64,000 bases of DNA. Source: Vicugna vicugna (taxonomy: Eukaryota). Both the position numbers and the translations under genes were made by a program. Under the pieces are notes generated by a model. The model saw nothing but the letters and a program-made list of their open reading frames with translations, had not been told where the DNA came from and searched no databases. Positions 12,545 through 26,170 of this stretch are shown piece after piece; position 1 is the first letter of the stretch, and each line of letters opens with the position of its first letter. Location: the NCBI GenBank assembly GCA_013265495.1, contig MU057887.1:569985-633984 (forward strand), given 5' to 3'.

Positions 12545-14111
12545 GCAGCACATGCCCCAGGGGTGACAGCTGACAGGCTGGAAGGAGGTCTTGACAGAGG
12601 AGGCAGAACTGCTGAGAAGCAGAGAAAGGAAAGGGTCATCTCTGGGTGTGTTGACATCACTCAGTATCACGGCAGGGGAGAGATTTGGAGAAGTTCTCAG
12701 ACCTGCAAAGGATGGGCGGGGCTGCTCCGGGGTCAGCAGGTGACCACCAAGCCAGTGTGATGCATGGTCAGTGTGAGTTTCCAAGCAGGCAGGCCCGGAG
12801 GGAGGGGTTGAGGCGAGTGGGAGAATGGCCTGGACCAGGAAGGAAGGAAGGAGCAGGTGGGGCAGCTCATCTGCCCGCTCACCTCCAGGCCCGGAGGCGC
12901 TAACTGTGTCGGGGAGAACATTCTGTTCGTGAGAGTGGAGGGCAGTGTGGGGTGAGGCAGGGCAGCAGCCCAGTGGGAAGAGCCTGCCCTTCACGCCGGC
13001 CATCCAGCCTGACTGCTTGGCCAGGAAGGTCAGCCACCTGTCCTGAAAGCGGCATTTATGCCTGCATTTCAATCTTTATAGAAAATTAAGAAGACAGAAA
13101 AGCACAGAGGGGCAAAAAACAAAAACAAAAAAACCCACTCCACTCAGTACTCTCCCGTCTTCGGTGCCCTTTCCTCCCGCCTCCTCTTCTGCGCACTTAC
13201 ATAATTTGGAAAGTTGAGACCGTGCTAAGAGCAGTCTGTCTTTTGGTCTGGGGCAAGTGTGCCCCCATATCATTCCCTATTCTTGCCAAGAGCCTCTTGG
13301 GTCACAACCCAGGACACCTGTAAGTAGCCTCATTTTACAGGTGAGGAAACTGAGCTTCTGAGGGGCCAAGTGACTTGCCTGTCACCACCTGCCTTTTGGT
13401 CCCTGCGTGGCCGACTCAACCAGGCCCCAGGGGCCATCGGACACTCTACCCCGCTCATCTGGTGGGAGGAGGCTCTGCCCTAAAACCCGCGGGTGGGAAG
13501 GAGGCTCGTCCTTGGGCCCGGCCCCCTGCTTCCTTTCCTTTCGCCACTAGGAGGGTGAGCTGATAAAGCCGTTCACACTCAGCACGGCTGATAAAACCCA
13601 CGTTTTGGGGGGTGACTCTCTGCATTGATCCAGTTTCCTCTCCTAGGGCTCAGTGGTTTAATAGAGGGGCCTGGAAGGCAGCGAGGAATGAGCTGAGATG
13701 CAGAAATTCACCTCCGAGATCATGAGCCCAGGGTGGGGCTGCACATTCTAGAAGTGACCAGGGGATCTGAGTGTCCCACCAGGGGGCGCACCTGCCCACT
13801 GGTAGCATCCCAGATCTGGGGGACCTGACATCTGTGGGCCCTGCATACCGAGTCCTGGGCTGGGAGCCACTGTTGGAACTGAGACTCTGCTGTCCCTTCA
13901 GGCCTCAGAGGGTCCGCCAACACCTCCCAAGTTAAGGAAGCAGCTGGGCCACCCAGGATGATGCCAGGTTTGGGGGGTCTCCTCTGATTTCCTGCCCTTC
14001 TCTGAACCTCAGTTTCTCCATCTGTAAAATGGAAGGCCAGCTCCCATAGACCATCCCCTGGGGCCCTTCTACTGGGGACAGGCAGGAGTGAGCCACCTCT
14101 CCCCTCTCCAG

Positions 14112-14278
14112 AGGCTCCAGGAAGAAGAGCGCCAGCGAGACATGGACTGGGACCAGCGGAGGGTTCAGAGGGCTCGCGCCACCTTGCTGTTGGAGCGCCA
14201 GCGGCAGCGCCAGCAGCGTGACCTGCGCAGAGCCCTAGACTGCAGCAACCTCAGCCTGGCCAAGGAGCAGCTCCTGCA
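14112..14278 (+). CDS. RIBC2: RIBC2 coding exon 6
   Basis: ctctccag|AGG acceptor; RLQEEERQRDMDWDQRRVQ...NLSLAKEQLL; donor GTGAGT at 14279; 167 bp. Confidence 0.95.
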
Positions 14279-15405
14279 GTGAGTGCTGGGCAGGGAAGGT
14301 GGGGGCACAGTTGGGAGGGGAGGCAGAGGGGGCTGGGACCAGGTTAGAGTCAAAGAGGGGCAGGTGGGAATCGGGAGCACCAGAGAGAGGATCAGGCTTG
14401 TGGGGGGCACTGGTTGTGGAGGCACTGTCTTTGCCTGGACCCCTGGCTCACCCTTCCTAAATCTTTCCCATCCAAAGGCCTAGGACGTATATTTCACCAG
14501 CGGCCCTGTAGCAGTTGTGGTTGGGGCTTGGGCACAACCTCCTGGTAAAGAGAAGGGGAGGAAGGGCTCAGAGCTAAGAAGCCAGAAATTAAGTGCTGGA
14601 AAACCACTAGTCCCCAAACAGACCAGGGACTGAGATTCCACTGTGCCCTGATCCTGGAAAGACCCCTCCCTGGGTGGCCCTCACCTGGGCACTGGCAACC
14701 CACAGCGGGCCTGGATTTGGGTGCTGCTGATGGGGTGCATGGAGGGCAGCGGGAGCCCCAGGGGAGGGCACTGAGTGAACCTGGGGGAGTCAGGAGGCTT
14801 CCTGGGGGGAGGCTGCAGTGGCTCAGACGTGGGGGAGGACGGCGCCAGCCACCCACTGCAGGGAGGGTTCTCCAGGCAGAAGGAGGGGCTCCTGGGCTGC
14901 CAAGAACAAGCCTGGAGTCTCTTCTTCATTACAGACAGGTCCTAGAAGTAGTTCAGAGTTCCAGCTACAGAAAATGTCAAATGCAGATCAGCAGGTGAAC
15001 TTGCCACTAAAAACTGGGTTATTTATTTACTTGTTTATCTATCTATGCATCAAGTTCTGTTGAACTCAGAGGGGACCTGCCAGCATTTTCTCCAATCAGA
15101 TGTCTGTCTATCGATGGGTGGGTCGGTCCATCACTGGGGACCTAAAAGGAGCATTAAGAGAGAATTTCACTGAAATCGAGCGGGATGAGCAAATGTGTTT
15201 ACAATCATGGAATTCTAAGATAGCCCCACATTTCGAGGGCACAGCTCCCTGGACTAACTGGTCCGGGGTGATGAAATGCCACCTTCTTCCCCCTGAGCCC
15301 GTCAAGCCGGAATGCATTCTGTACCCTGGAGATAACACACTGATAGAAAGCAGGCCAGGAAGTCAGGCGTTCGCTGATTTCTCTTTCCCCTTGTTTCATT
15401 ATCAG

Positions 15406-15484
15406 GAGAAAATACATGAAGGATGTTTGTACAAATCAGCCCACTGAAGATTATTTCACACAATTTAATACAAGCAGTCGTTAA
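15406..15484 (+). CDS. RIBC2: RIBC2 last coding exon
   Basis: ttatcag|G acceptor; RKYMKDVCTNQPTEDYFTQFNTSSR-TAA, the conserved RIB43A C-terminus (YF.QFNT.SR). The seven exons total 1134 nt = 377 aa plus stop with all phases compatible. Confidence 0.96.
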
Positions 15485-15613
15485 TGAAAAAAAATCATCT
15501 TCTCTCTAACTCGTTTACGTATAAAGTGCAGCAACCTTGAAGAGTCACTGTTAAAAAAAACAACCACTCTTTGGTACCCTTCAACTTAATTTTTCCACTG
15601 TAGACAAAGCTTG

Positions 15614-15619
15614 ATTAAA
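15614..15619 (+). terminator. Probable RIBC2 polyadenylation signal (ATTAAA)
   Basis: First ATTAAA hexamer after the stop, about 130 nt downstream, followed by T-rich sequence. Confidence 0.6.
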
Positions 15620-16763
15620 ACTCTCCCTGTATTTCTATGAGGAGTATTAATGTCCGTTCGACTCAGCTCAAGAGACTGCCTCTAGAGGAGCTCTGGGATA
15701 CAGGGACGAAAGCCGGGTATCACTTAGATTCAGCCGCTGCAACCGCCAACACCCACAGGCATCATTCCAACCGCACCACGCGGTATGAACTAATTGGGTC
15801 CTCTCAGCAGGCAGGCATGGGTCTTGTTACTCACGTTCTCCAGGTGAAGAGCCTGAGTTATAGACACATTAAGTGATCTGCCCAAGGTCACGCTGACGGG
15901 AAGCGGTGGGCCTGGGGCTGAACCAGAGACCCTGGCTCTCAAGCACTTCTCTCTCCTGGCTCCCTGTAACGAGACCCAAAGCAAGAGTGGCCCCAAAAAG
16001 CAGAAGTTGATTTCCTCCTCTTGTGCACGTCCAAGCTGAGCAGGGCTACCTCGTTGCTCTGCCATCTCGCCTCCGGTAGGTCCCGGAATGCTGCGCAGCC
16101 CCACCCCCGAGTCCCACTCGGGCCGCAGGGAGGAGAGAACGGGAAGGACGCTGGTGGGGGGTGGGGCGCGCAGCTTCAAGGCTCAGGAAGCGCACCTGTC
16201 ACCGCGCTCACAGCCTATTGGCCAGAATTCCGTCACGTGACCGCGCCCAGCTGCCCCGGGGGCTGGGAATCCGAGCTAACCACGTGGCGCGCAATAATTC
16301 TGTAACGGTACACATTGCGGGAAGACTAGCAGTCGGCCACAGCCCTGAACGGTGACTTGGAATTTGGCAGGGGTGGCGTGAAGGGAGGCATTACCGCGGG
16401 CCGGGGGCGGGGGGAGTAGGCGGGGACGGTGTCTAGCAGTAATTCGGCCTTAGTTCCCAGGCCCAGGATGACTGCGTCCCGCCCAGGTACCTCCACCTTC
16501 TCCACGTAGGTTTCTTGAAGGGCCGTATACATCGGGCCGGGGACAAGGGGCAGCTCTTGGTGGCACTTTACCATCCATCGAGATGGAGCTAGATGCATCG
16601 ATGCAAACTGCCTAGCTCGCCTTCCCTCTCTGTCTAAACGCAACCCTTGTCCCCGCACTCAAAACCCTTCCCTGACTGATGTTTAACTGGAGCCTGAGGA
16701 TTGGCAGAGTTCTCCCAGGGGGATCAGTGAGAGCTGGACACTTTTAGGGAAGCGGGTTGGGGG

Positions 16764-17219
16764 TGTATAGTTTCCTGGGGCTGCCATAACACAATACCAC
16801 ACCCCAGGGGCTTCAACAAGAGAAATTTGCAGTTCCTCACAGTTCTGGAGGCCAGAAGTCCAAGATCAAGGTGTTGGCAGGGCTGGTTCCTAGTGAGGGC
16901 TCTGAGTGGGGAATCTGTTCCTGGTGTCTCCCAGCTTCTGGGGTTTGCTGGTGATTTTTGGCGTTCGTTGGGTCTTTAGTTGTATCACCCCCATCTCTGC
17001 CCTCATCTTCACGGGGCGTTCTCATGCTGTGTGTGTCTGTGTCCAAGTTGTCCCTGTTTACAAGGACACTCGTCATATTCAATTAGGACCCACCTTAATG
17101 ACTTTAAACTAGTTACATCTACAATGGCCTTATTTCCAAATACGGTCACAGTCTGAGGTACTGGAGGTTAGGATTCCAGTGTACCTTTTGGGTTGGGGGG
17201 ACAGAATTCAACCTATAAT
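16764..17219 (-). mobile_element. MLT1B/C-type MaLR solo LTR
   Basis: 'tgtatagtttcctggggctgccataac...agttctggaggccagaagtccaagatcaaggtg...aattcaacctataa'. Confidence 0.88.
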
Positions 17220-18299
17220 GGGGAGTGCAGAGGGGCACCTGGCCCCTTTGCTGCTCAGGGTAATCCCATTAAGAATGTTGTTGCCCAGACTGAGCAAGCC
17301 ACACTTGGGGAAGGGTACTGGCTGAGAGATAGCCCAAAGATTGTTAGTCCTCCCGTGTGTAGGCAGGGAGATAAAGCGAGTAATGGAGGTGCTGTCAGTC
17401 CATTCAGTGCATGTCGAGTGCTCTTCAGGTCCTAGATGCTATGCTGGGCTCTGGGCTAGGCTCTCTCATAGTCCAGTAGGAGACCTAGGTGTAGGTCCTT
17501 GCAAAAGAGAGGCAGAATCATCCACGGGGCTGATGGGCACAGGCTAGGAAGGAGACAGCGCCAGGAGGCTGCTGCAGCCGCCAGTAATACCGTTAAATGC
17601 CCGGAATCGTGCGCCCAATGTGGAGAGGCTGGCTTTAACCCTGAATTTCACATCATTATAAAAAATATTCCAAACGGAAGGTCAGGCTTGAAAACTGGGC
17701 TCTTGCCTGCTTTAAGTGAGGCCTCTGCTGGTGCCCAGCAGCACCCCCCCGCCCCCCCCGCGCCCTGGTTCTCTGGCAGGAAAATGAACCCAGGGATTGA
17801 TGAGACTAGGGCTTGCCGGCCCAGTGTTGGGCAGGGCCTTGCAACTCCCATGGCCCCAGTGGGTGTTGTGACTGTCATCCTGCAGAGAGAAAGCAAAAGA
17901 AGAGAGGCTGGGTAACTTCCCCCGCCCCGAAAGGCAGAGCCAGGGTCCAGGTGTGGGGCCCTCTCCACGGTTCTCTTCTGAATGGCCCCATTGTGATTTT
18001 ACAGACACACACACTCCAGAGGGTTGTTTTGTTTTGTTTTTTCTTTTCACTTTTTCCTAACATTTATTTGGAAGTTTTTCAAAGTTTCTCTGTAGAGAAA
18101 CTGGAAGAATTATACAATATACGCATATATCTACAACCTAGATTCTGCAGTTAATATTCTGCTTTATTTGCTTCATGGTCTATCTCTCCACAAACTGGCT
18201 TTTGATAATTCCAGGTATATGATGCTTACAGGAGACACATCTAAAACAAAGCAGTATAGAAAAGTTAAAAATAACAAGATTCAAAACTCATTCGAATTT

Positions 18300-19050
18300 T
18301 TCCAAAAAAGTTGAAAACTTATGTACACACAAAAGCCCACTCACCAGTGCTTATAGCAGTTTTATTCATAATTGCCCAAACTTGGAAGCAACGAAGATAT
18401 CCTTCAGTAGGTGAATGAATAAACAAAGAGTGGTACATCCATACAGTGGGACATTATTCTTTGCAAAAAAAAAATAGCTCTCAAGCTGTGAAAAGACATG
18501 GAGGAACCTTAAATGCATATCATTGAGTGAAAGAAGCCAATATGAAAAGACCGCATGCTGTATGATTCCAGCTTTATGACATCTGGAAAAGGCAAAACTT
18601 GAAGACAGTAAAACGATCAATGGATGTCAGGGAGTTCAGGAGAAGGGAGGGAAAAGTAGGGAGAGCACAGAGGATTTTTAGGGCAGTGAAACAGTTTTGT
18701 ATGGTACTGTAATGATGGACACATGTCACTATACATTCACCTAAACCCACAGAATATACAGCACAAAGCGTGGATCCTAATCAAGATAAATACTTTAGTT
18801 ATTAATAATGTGTTAGTATGATCGCTTTGCTGTGCACCTGAAACTAACATCGTAAATTGACTACGCTTCAATAAAAATTAAGAATTAAAAAGATGTATCG
18901 ATATATTGACTCATCAGTTTATAATGGACGTACCACACTAATGCTGGATGATAAGAGGAAACTGTGCAGGTGGGGAGGAGGCAGACGGGAGCACTCTGAA
19001 TTTCCTGCTCAATTTTTCTCTAAACCTACAGCTGCTCTGAAAAATAAAGT
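18300..19050 (+). mobile_element. L1MC-type 3' end with a short younger L1 tail inserted at about 18820-18890
   Basis: 'gagtgaaagaagccaatatgaaaagac', 'ttttagggcagtgaaac', 'gctctgaaaaataaagt'. Confidence 0.8.
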
Positions 19051-19549
19051 TGAATATGTACCTGAAAGAAGAAGCTGTAAAATAACTGGGAAGGAAAAAG
19101 TCATTTGCATATTGTTCTTTAGCTTCATTTTGAGTTCAAGTGTTTAGAATAATGGAGGGAAAAACTGAAAAGGAAGGATAAGCCTAAGCTAAACAATTTA
19201 AGGATTCTCCCTTGTGGCCTCCATGACACTCCTGGCCTTGCCCGTCTGTCCTGGTAGAGTAGCATCTCGAAGTCTAGGGTTCCCCAGCCTACATAGTTAC
19301 AAGTGCAGAGTATATACAAAGTGAATTAATTTGCAGACTTACAGGAATAATTCAGGAGCCAAATTCCCTTGTCTATCCACTTATCCCTGCCTTACAGATG
19401 GCCCAGCTGAGAAGGAGCCCATGCAGAGTTTCATGGTTGCATGAGAGAAGTGAGCTTTGCAGCTGTCTAACCCCCTGCCTGTTCCTGCTTTGTCCTGGTA
19501 TCTGTGTGCACAGCATCTGATATAACCAAGAATGCTTGTACAATCAAGA

Positions 19550-19697
19550 GAGGAAGGGATAGCTCAGTGGTAAAGCACACGCTTAGCATGCTCAAGGTCC
19601 TGGGTCCAATCCCCAGTGCCTCCTCTCAAAATAAATTAATAAGAAAATCTAATTACTTCTCCTCCCCCACTGCCCCCAAAACAGAAACAAAAAAAAA
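19550..19697 (+). mobile_element. tRNA-derived camelid-type SINE
   Basis: 'gggatagctcagtggtaaagcacacgcttagcatgctcaaggtcctgggtccaatcccc' (A and B boxes), A-rich tail, degenerate ~22-bp TSD at 19528-19549 and 19696-19717. Confidence 0.88.
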
Positions 19698-20751
19698 GAA
19701 TCCTTGTGCGATCAAGACTCTGAACAATGCATAGTGTCTTAAAGGCAAATACAAATATTTTAAATTCTGGGTCATTATTTCACCAATAGGCTACCCTTCC
19801 TGCTGAAGTGATGTAAGGAGACGCTGGACACAGCACAGTTTGTATGTTCAACAGTGTGCGACTTGGCACACATCAGAAGCTGTGTTTTGGTTCTCCGTGT
19901 TTTTGCTAGTATCTTTCCCTACCTGTTTCCTTTGGACTGCGCCCCTCTAGGAAAATCTAGCAAAAAGTATGTTACTGTTGTTGTGGGAGGCCAGTGACAT
20001 GGGTTGGTAAAAGAATTTACCAGGGATCAAGAAAAGTTTAGAAAAGTTTAATAGGTACCCTGCTATCAGCAACAGTGGGCCGCACAGATGAGAGGTGCCC
20101 ATGTGAGCCCCGAGAGTGGCCGCGCAGGGTCTGTCACTGGAGGAAGGGGACTGTGCACACAGGAACAGGGGCTGTATGACCATTTTGTGCACAGGTACCT
20201 GGTTGTAAGACCTGTCAGGGACTTCTCTGAACAGTAGGATTTACAGCTTTTATAAGGGCAGGCTGTGAGGCCTGCCTGCCTAGGGTATTGTGAGACAGGC
20301 CATCTCCGGGGCGATGAGCCCTGCAGGGTAAACACACATCCAGAGATATTTTTATCCTGTGGAAATGCAGGTATGTGGAGTGGCCCTGCAGTGGGGAGTG
20401 GGACCTAAGGGACCAGTGACTCCAGGCACACAGAGAGCCCAGGAGTGGAGGTTTTTATAAACTTCAGAGCAGCTTCAGAGAGTGCCAGCCCACGCCACAG
20501 CCATCACGAGCCACTCCTCAGGGCCCAGCTCTCCTGACTCTGCTAGAGGGCAGACTGACTAAGGAAATAACTTGGAAGCACTTTTCATTTGTCGGTGTCT
20601 CCTTGTTCGGACTTCATGGGCATAACTTACACACCGGTTTGTACCCGCTAATGTGCTCCAAATAAAATTTTAACTGGTCCTTGCCCGCACCATTTCATGC
20701 AGAACTTGGCCCTTTTGTATTATCTGCTCTTCCAAAATTCTCACTCCAGAG

Positions 20752-20845
20752 TTTTTGTTTTGTTTTATTTTAATGGAGGTACCAGGGACTGAACCCAGGA
20801 CCTCTTGCGTGCTAAGCACATGCTATACCCACCCTCCCAACCCCA
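20752..20845 (-). mobile_element. tRNA-derived camelid-type SINE
   Basis: 'atggaggtaccagggactgaacccaggacctcttgcgtgctaagcac' flanked by actccagagtttt / actctggagtttt. Confidence 0.8.
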
Positions 20846-22311
20846 ACTCTGGAGTTTTCAATAAGCATTTTCCACGAGGAAAGCACATATTTTAAGCAGA
20901 ACGGACTGGTGTGAAATCACTGGATGTAATTATTTTTAAAACTTCTGGTGAATCTTTGTACCCCTGTGGAGTGTTTTTTTCCTTACTTTTGTGTGTTTGC
21001 TAAATATGAAAACGGTGGCACGTGTATCCAAGTTTACACTTATTTCTTGTATTTAAAGAGTAAAATGCTCCCCCGTGATCTTTGGCGGCCTAGCTCTGCT
21101 CCTGCCACATGCGTCCTGCTTCCAGACGTCCCCCAGTATGGGAACTGTTCCTGCTAGTCCAACCCCTTCCACGGGCCACGCAGGAACTCAGCTCCGCGTG
21201 TCACAGGGGTGCCAGCTCATCACGGCCGCGTGGCTTCTCTTTCTCCTTATTTTACGGATGAGGAAGCTGAACAGTGGAGAAGTCACTGACATTTCGAACC
21301 CAAATAATCTGATCGCCATTGTCATCTCTAGTGTCCCCTCGCACCCTTGCCAGCCCATTTGGTGGACACAGACCACAGTCCCCTCAAAAAGCCACCTCCC
21401 TTTCTCCAGTTGTACTTGCTTAGTGACCTCAGGCATCTATGAACCTGCTGCATTGTAGACAAACAGGTGTCACCAACATGACGTCATTCGGTCCTTGCAA
21501 CAAACTTGTGAGACAGGCAGTTATTCATTGCCTCAATTTACAGATAAGGAGACTGAGGTTTAGGGAGATGACACAATCCCACCTGGGTCATGCTGACTCC
21601 TACTTTAGTGCTCAGGCCTGCCATCAGCCGAAAGGGGCCCGGCTCCAGCACACAAACCCCCAGACTGAGGTGCTGCTGTTTGCCTGGGCACCTGGCCTAA
21701 CTTCTGTTGCTGTTGAAGGGGTGAACAGTGCACTGCGTCAGTGCTTTGGTCCACCTCCCACATCAGGACGGATACTGTATGCAGGCTCCGTGGGTTTCGA
21801 GTGCTATGCTAAGTACATTCCTTTCACAGCTCAGTTCCTTGCAGCAGGGCTCAGAAGCCAGCGTTACTGTCCCCATTCTTCACAGATGAAGTCACTGAAG
21901 TGGAGGATGTCTGCTTCCAAAGGAATGATGTATACAGCAGAGTGAACATCCTGAGACGTCCGACGGCTACAATTCCACTAGATCCAGGATAATTTACAGC
22001 AAGCATTTAATATGCATTACTAAGCTCACAAGAGAGTAAGTGAAGCCGTGAAAAAGTTACACACGCACAAGAAGGAACAATGAGCTGAAACCAGAGCAGT
22101 GAACAGTACAAGAAATAGAAGCTAGGGCTGCTCTGGTGGCAAAGGCCGGTAACAGGGACCCAGAGCTTTGAAGACTAATAATCAGGATAAAAATGAGAGA
22201 CATTCATAAAGGGGGAGCATCAAACTTGAGACCTCTGCATTAATCTGGGACCTTGGAAGGCGGCTACACCCTTAAGGATGGATAGACTGGTGGACACCAG
22301 TGAGTCTTCAC

Positions 22312-22541
22312 TGTGGTTGAGATATTGATGGTGGTGGTGGTGGTAGTGATGAGGGTGATGGTGGTGATGGTGATGCTGGTGATGGTGGTGATGTTGGTGA
22401 TGATGATGCTAGTGATGGCGGTGATGGTGGTGATGGTGGTGATGATAGTGATGGTGGTAGTGATGAGGGTGATGGTGGTGAGGGTGGTGATGATGACGGT
22501 GGTGAGGGTGGTGATGGTGGTAGTGATGATGATAATAGTGG
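22312..22541. repeat. Degenerate (GGT/GAT)n trinucleotide repeat, about 230 bp
   Basis: Direct inspection; generates spurious poly-Val/Met and Pro/Ser ORFs. Confidence 0.95.
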
Positions 22542-22899
22542 TCCTTGAGAATTCATGCCCATATGCTCACTCTTATATAGCCCTAGAGTTTCAATTCTTT
22601 CAAAGAGGTGAGGAAAATCCCCAGCAGAAAAATTAAATTTAAGTGTTTTCAGATTAATTTTGCTTCCATTATACCTAGTAGAAGCTAACACGGATAATCT
22701 CTGGAAGAAAGCGTTCCCAGTTTAGATTTCTCATGATTCTCCCAGGTTAAATTAAACCACAGACAAGTTCACACAAACATACAAGACACAAAAGGGAAAC
22801 AACCTGCCATGAGTAAATGTCAGTGAAAACAAGCACCCAGATTTGGGTTTCCCTAGAACTTTGGATGGTGAAGTTACAGGTACTCTAAAAGTTTATAGT

Positions 22900-23008
22900 G
22901 GGGGAGGGCATAGCTCAAGTGTTAGAGCACATGCTTAGCCTCTAAAAATAAATAAAGAAACCTAATTACCCCCGCAAAGAAAAACAAAAGAATAAATTAA
23001 AGAAAAAG
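22900..23008 (+). mobile_element. Internally deleted camelid-type SINE (B box missing)
   Basis: 'ggggagggcatagctcaagtgttagagcacatgcttagc' joins directly to the tail 'ctctaaaaataaataaagaaacctaattaccccc'. Confidence 0.75.
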
Positions 23009-23289
23009 TATAGGTCTTCTGCTTCCAGACTTGATGGGGTAACTGGACTATCTCTTCTGCTACAAACAACAGAAAACTGGACAAAAGAAACAACAGACAT
23101 TGGACAACAGACAGCATAGGACTGTGATCCCTGCCAGAAGGAAATAGGTAAACTGTACCGTCCCCCGGGACTTCCTCCTGGAGGCATCCCTGTACCTCGG
23201 CAGAGAGGGGACACCGAGCAGAGTGGACTGAGCCGGCTGAGCTGAGGAGGAAGAGCTCAGCACCAGGGGAGCCGAGGTGGCTAGAAGTT

Positions 23290-24390
23290 GTGGAGCAGAG
23301 TTACAATGTGACCCAGCAATTCCACTCCTAGGTGTGTGCCCACGGGAAGTGAAGACACGTCCGCACAACAACTTGCACATGAATGTTCAGGGTAGCTTTA
23401 TTCACAATAGCCAAAAAGTGAAAAAAACAAAAACAAAAACAGAAATGTCCATCAGATGAATGGGTAAACAAAATGTGTATGTGTGTACATATGACAGAAT
23501 ATTATTATTGGGCCACAGAAAGGAATGGAGTACTGATAAATGCTGCAACATGGATGAACACTGAAAACAATGTGCTAAGGGAAAGAAATCAGACGCAAAA
23601 GGCCACATTGTATCATTCCATCTATAGGAAACGTCCAGAATAAGCAACTCCAAAGAGACAGAAAGTAGATTAGTATTTTGCCGAGAGCAAAAGGGTTTAA
23701 GATTTCTTTTGGAGTATGTTCTGAAACTAGATACAGTGATGGTTGCATAACTCTGTGTATATTTTAAAAAACCATTGAATTGCACACTTTAAAAGGGTGA
23801 ATATTATGGTATGTGAATTAATCACAATGTTTCAGAAGCCCATGAGATACCATTACATATGCACTAGCATGGCTGAAAAAAAAAAAAGACTGTATCATAC
23901 GGTGACCAAGATGCAGAGCAACTAAAACTTTAATCCATCATTGGTGGAAAAGAGACAGTTTCCTCACAGTTAACCACACATGTAACATTTGACAAAGTTA
24001 ACCATACATCTACCCTATGAGCAACTATTCCAAGAGGAATGACAACATATGTGCACAAAAAGACTTTTACAGAAGAGTTCATAGCATCTTTACTCGTAAT
24101 AGCCCCAAACCGGAATCAACCAAAATGTCAATCAACAGATGATCAGGTAAACAAATATTATACCCGTACCACTTGCTGATTAAAAGAAACAAACCAGGAA
24201 TATACTCAACAAAGTGGCTGAATCAGAAACTGTAATCAGCGAAGACCCCAAAAGGACACAAGTACAGTTGTGTGTATGTGACGTTCTAGAATGTGCAGAA
24301 TTATTCTGTGTTTGCCTAGGACGGGAGGATGGGGCTTGACGGCAAAGGGCGTGAGGCATCTTTTTTGGAACTATGGAAATGTACAGGAAA
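23290..24390 (+). mobile_element. L1MB- and L1ME-type 3' ends
   Basis: 'gacccagcaattccactcctaggt', 'atggttgcataactctgtg...aaaaccattgaattgcacactttaaaagggtgaa'. Confidence 0.8.
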
Positions 24391-26170
24391 GCACCCCAAA
24401 GACCCCCAGTCCAACCCAACCCCCATCAAGACAGAGAAAGAGGGGCCCTAACACACCTGTGAACAGTGGGAACTGAGCTGTTGCCGCCTGCCATGCCGAT
24501 GTCCACCAGCAGGTGGCATCTCTGCCTCACGGCACCAGCCCTCCGCAGGGCCCTAGACCCCTGACCATCTTGTTTGCCTGTGTGCCTCTGGTCTATCCAG
24601 GCAGATAGACAGAGCTGCTGTGGAGGCTGGGGGTATGACCTGCTGCGACAGCCAGTTTGGAGTGTTGTTGCTGGTGATGCTATGACTGGTCCCCATGCGT
24701 CTCACCCTGTCACAGGCAGGCACGTGAAGTGGGGTGGGGAGAATGGAACAGGGGCCTCTTGGGTACATTTTCCAAAAGAAGCATCTTCTCGACCATGTGT
24801 CACGTGTCCACATGCTGTTAAGACACTGCTGAAAAGAATTTGGAGGAAGCCTAGTGAGAGAAAGTCTGAGCTATGTGGAGAAGGTAGTTGTGGGGTGGGG
24901 CCTTCCTCTGCGCCTTCCCCCCACCAAGTGAGAGCCCAGCTGTCGCCCCAGGTTCATGAGGCCCCATCTTGGACCCCCACTGCCCCTCCGCCCAGTGCCA
25001 GCAAAGCTGGCTTCGCCCGTCCCTTGTCTGGTACATCTGCCTTCCTTCTTTCCTTTCGCCAGACCAAAGATGAATCCGGTGACCCGAGGGCCAATCCCCA
25101 GAGCGGGGTTTGGCCCCAGAGAGTGGACATGGAAGGGATGTGGGAAGATGCAATGGCTGTGGTTTCGTGGGTCTTTCCTTTTACCAGAAGTTCTAGAAAG
25201 CTTTCCAAACACACTTGCCCAAAGAGACTTCAACACTATTGTCCACAGTTGTTGGGGGGGCGGAACAGTCCAGAGTCCACTGGAGAAAGAGGCAGCTGGG
25301 GCCATCTCCTCCACAGCAGACTGAACTATGAACTAATCCCCCGTGAAGTTCCCACTGAGGCTCTCGGGCTCAACTACTACCCCTTTGTTGACTGGATGTC
25401 CAGTGGGAACTCACGGAGCCTGAGGACAGGACTGACGGCCGTCTGGGCTTCCCTGGGATGAGAGCAGGGTCCAGGTGGGTTGCCATTAAGTCTCTCACTC
25501 AAGGTCGCTCTGTCCTTGGCTTGCTCACATGGTAAGTGACCCAGAAGGGCTTTTCAGCTCCTGACCCACCGCTGACTTGGAAACCCCAGATTCCTCATTC
25601 CCAACTCAAACGTGTAGCCAAGGAGTCTTATTCGACCAGGTTATCCTTTCGAACGGGCCGTCCAGAGGTCAAGGCCCCATCCCCGGTCCCCTCCAATGAG
25701 GCCAGGGAGATACGGCTCAGAGAGTAACCATAGGTCCAAAGGGCACTGACATGACACGCATTAAGTGATTAAAACCTTCATGAATCTGTAATATAGTATG
25801 GTGACAAGTTGTCAAGATCTGGAATCAGGCCCCCAAACCAATTACACAAACTCAGAATGTCAGAGTCGACGGAGCATGTGAAAAGGATTAGGAGGGTTTT
25901 GTTGACTGCAAGTCAAGGATGGTGCACCTGCTCACTCACTCTTTCATTCAACTGTCTGAGCGGATGCTTGCAGCGCCAGGTACTGATCTGGGCATGGAAT
26001 TACAAAACAAGACAAGTTCCTTTTCTTGCAGAGTTTATGTTCTGGTGCGAGGACAGACAATGAACAAGCAGATAGTGATGGGTGATGGCGAACGAACAGG
26101 GAAGGAAGGGCTTGGCGAGGGTGTGTTTGGGGAGGGGTTCTGCAATTTTAGGTCGGGTGACCGGGGTCAC

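Noticed and set aside
22308..22691. Poly-Val/Met and Pro/Ser ORFs
   Set aside because: Translations of a (GGT/GAT)n simple repeat.
24574..25461. 295-aa plus-strand ORF
   Set aside because: No ATG start, domain or plus-strand splice structure; the splice signals here favour the minus strand.
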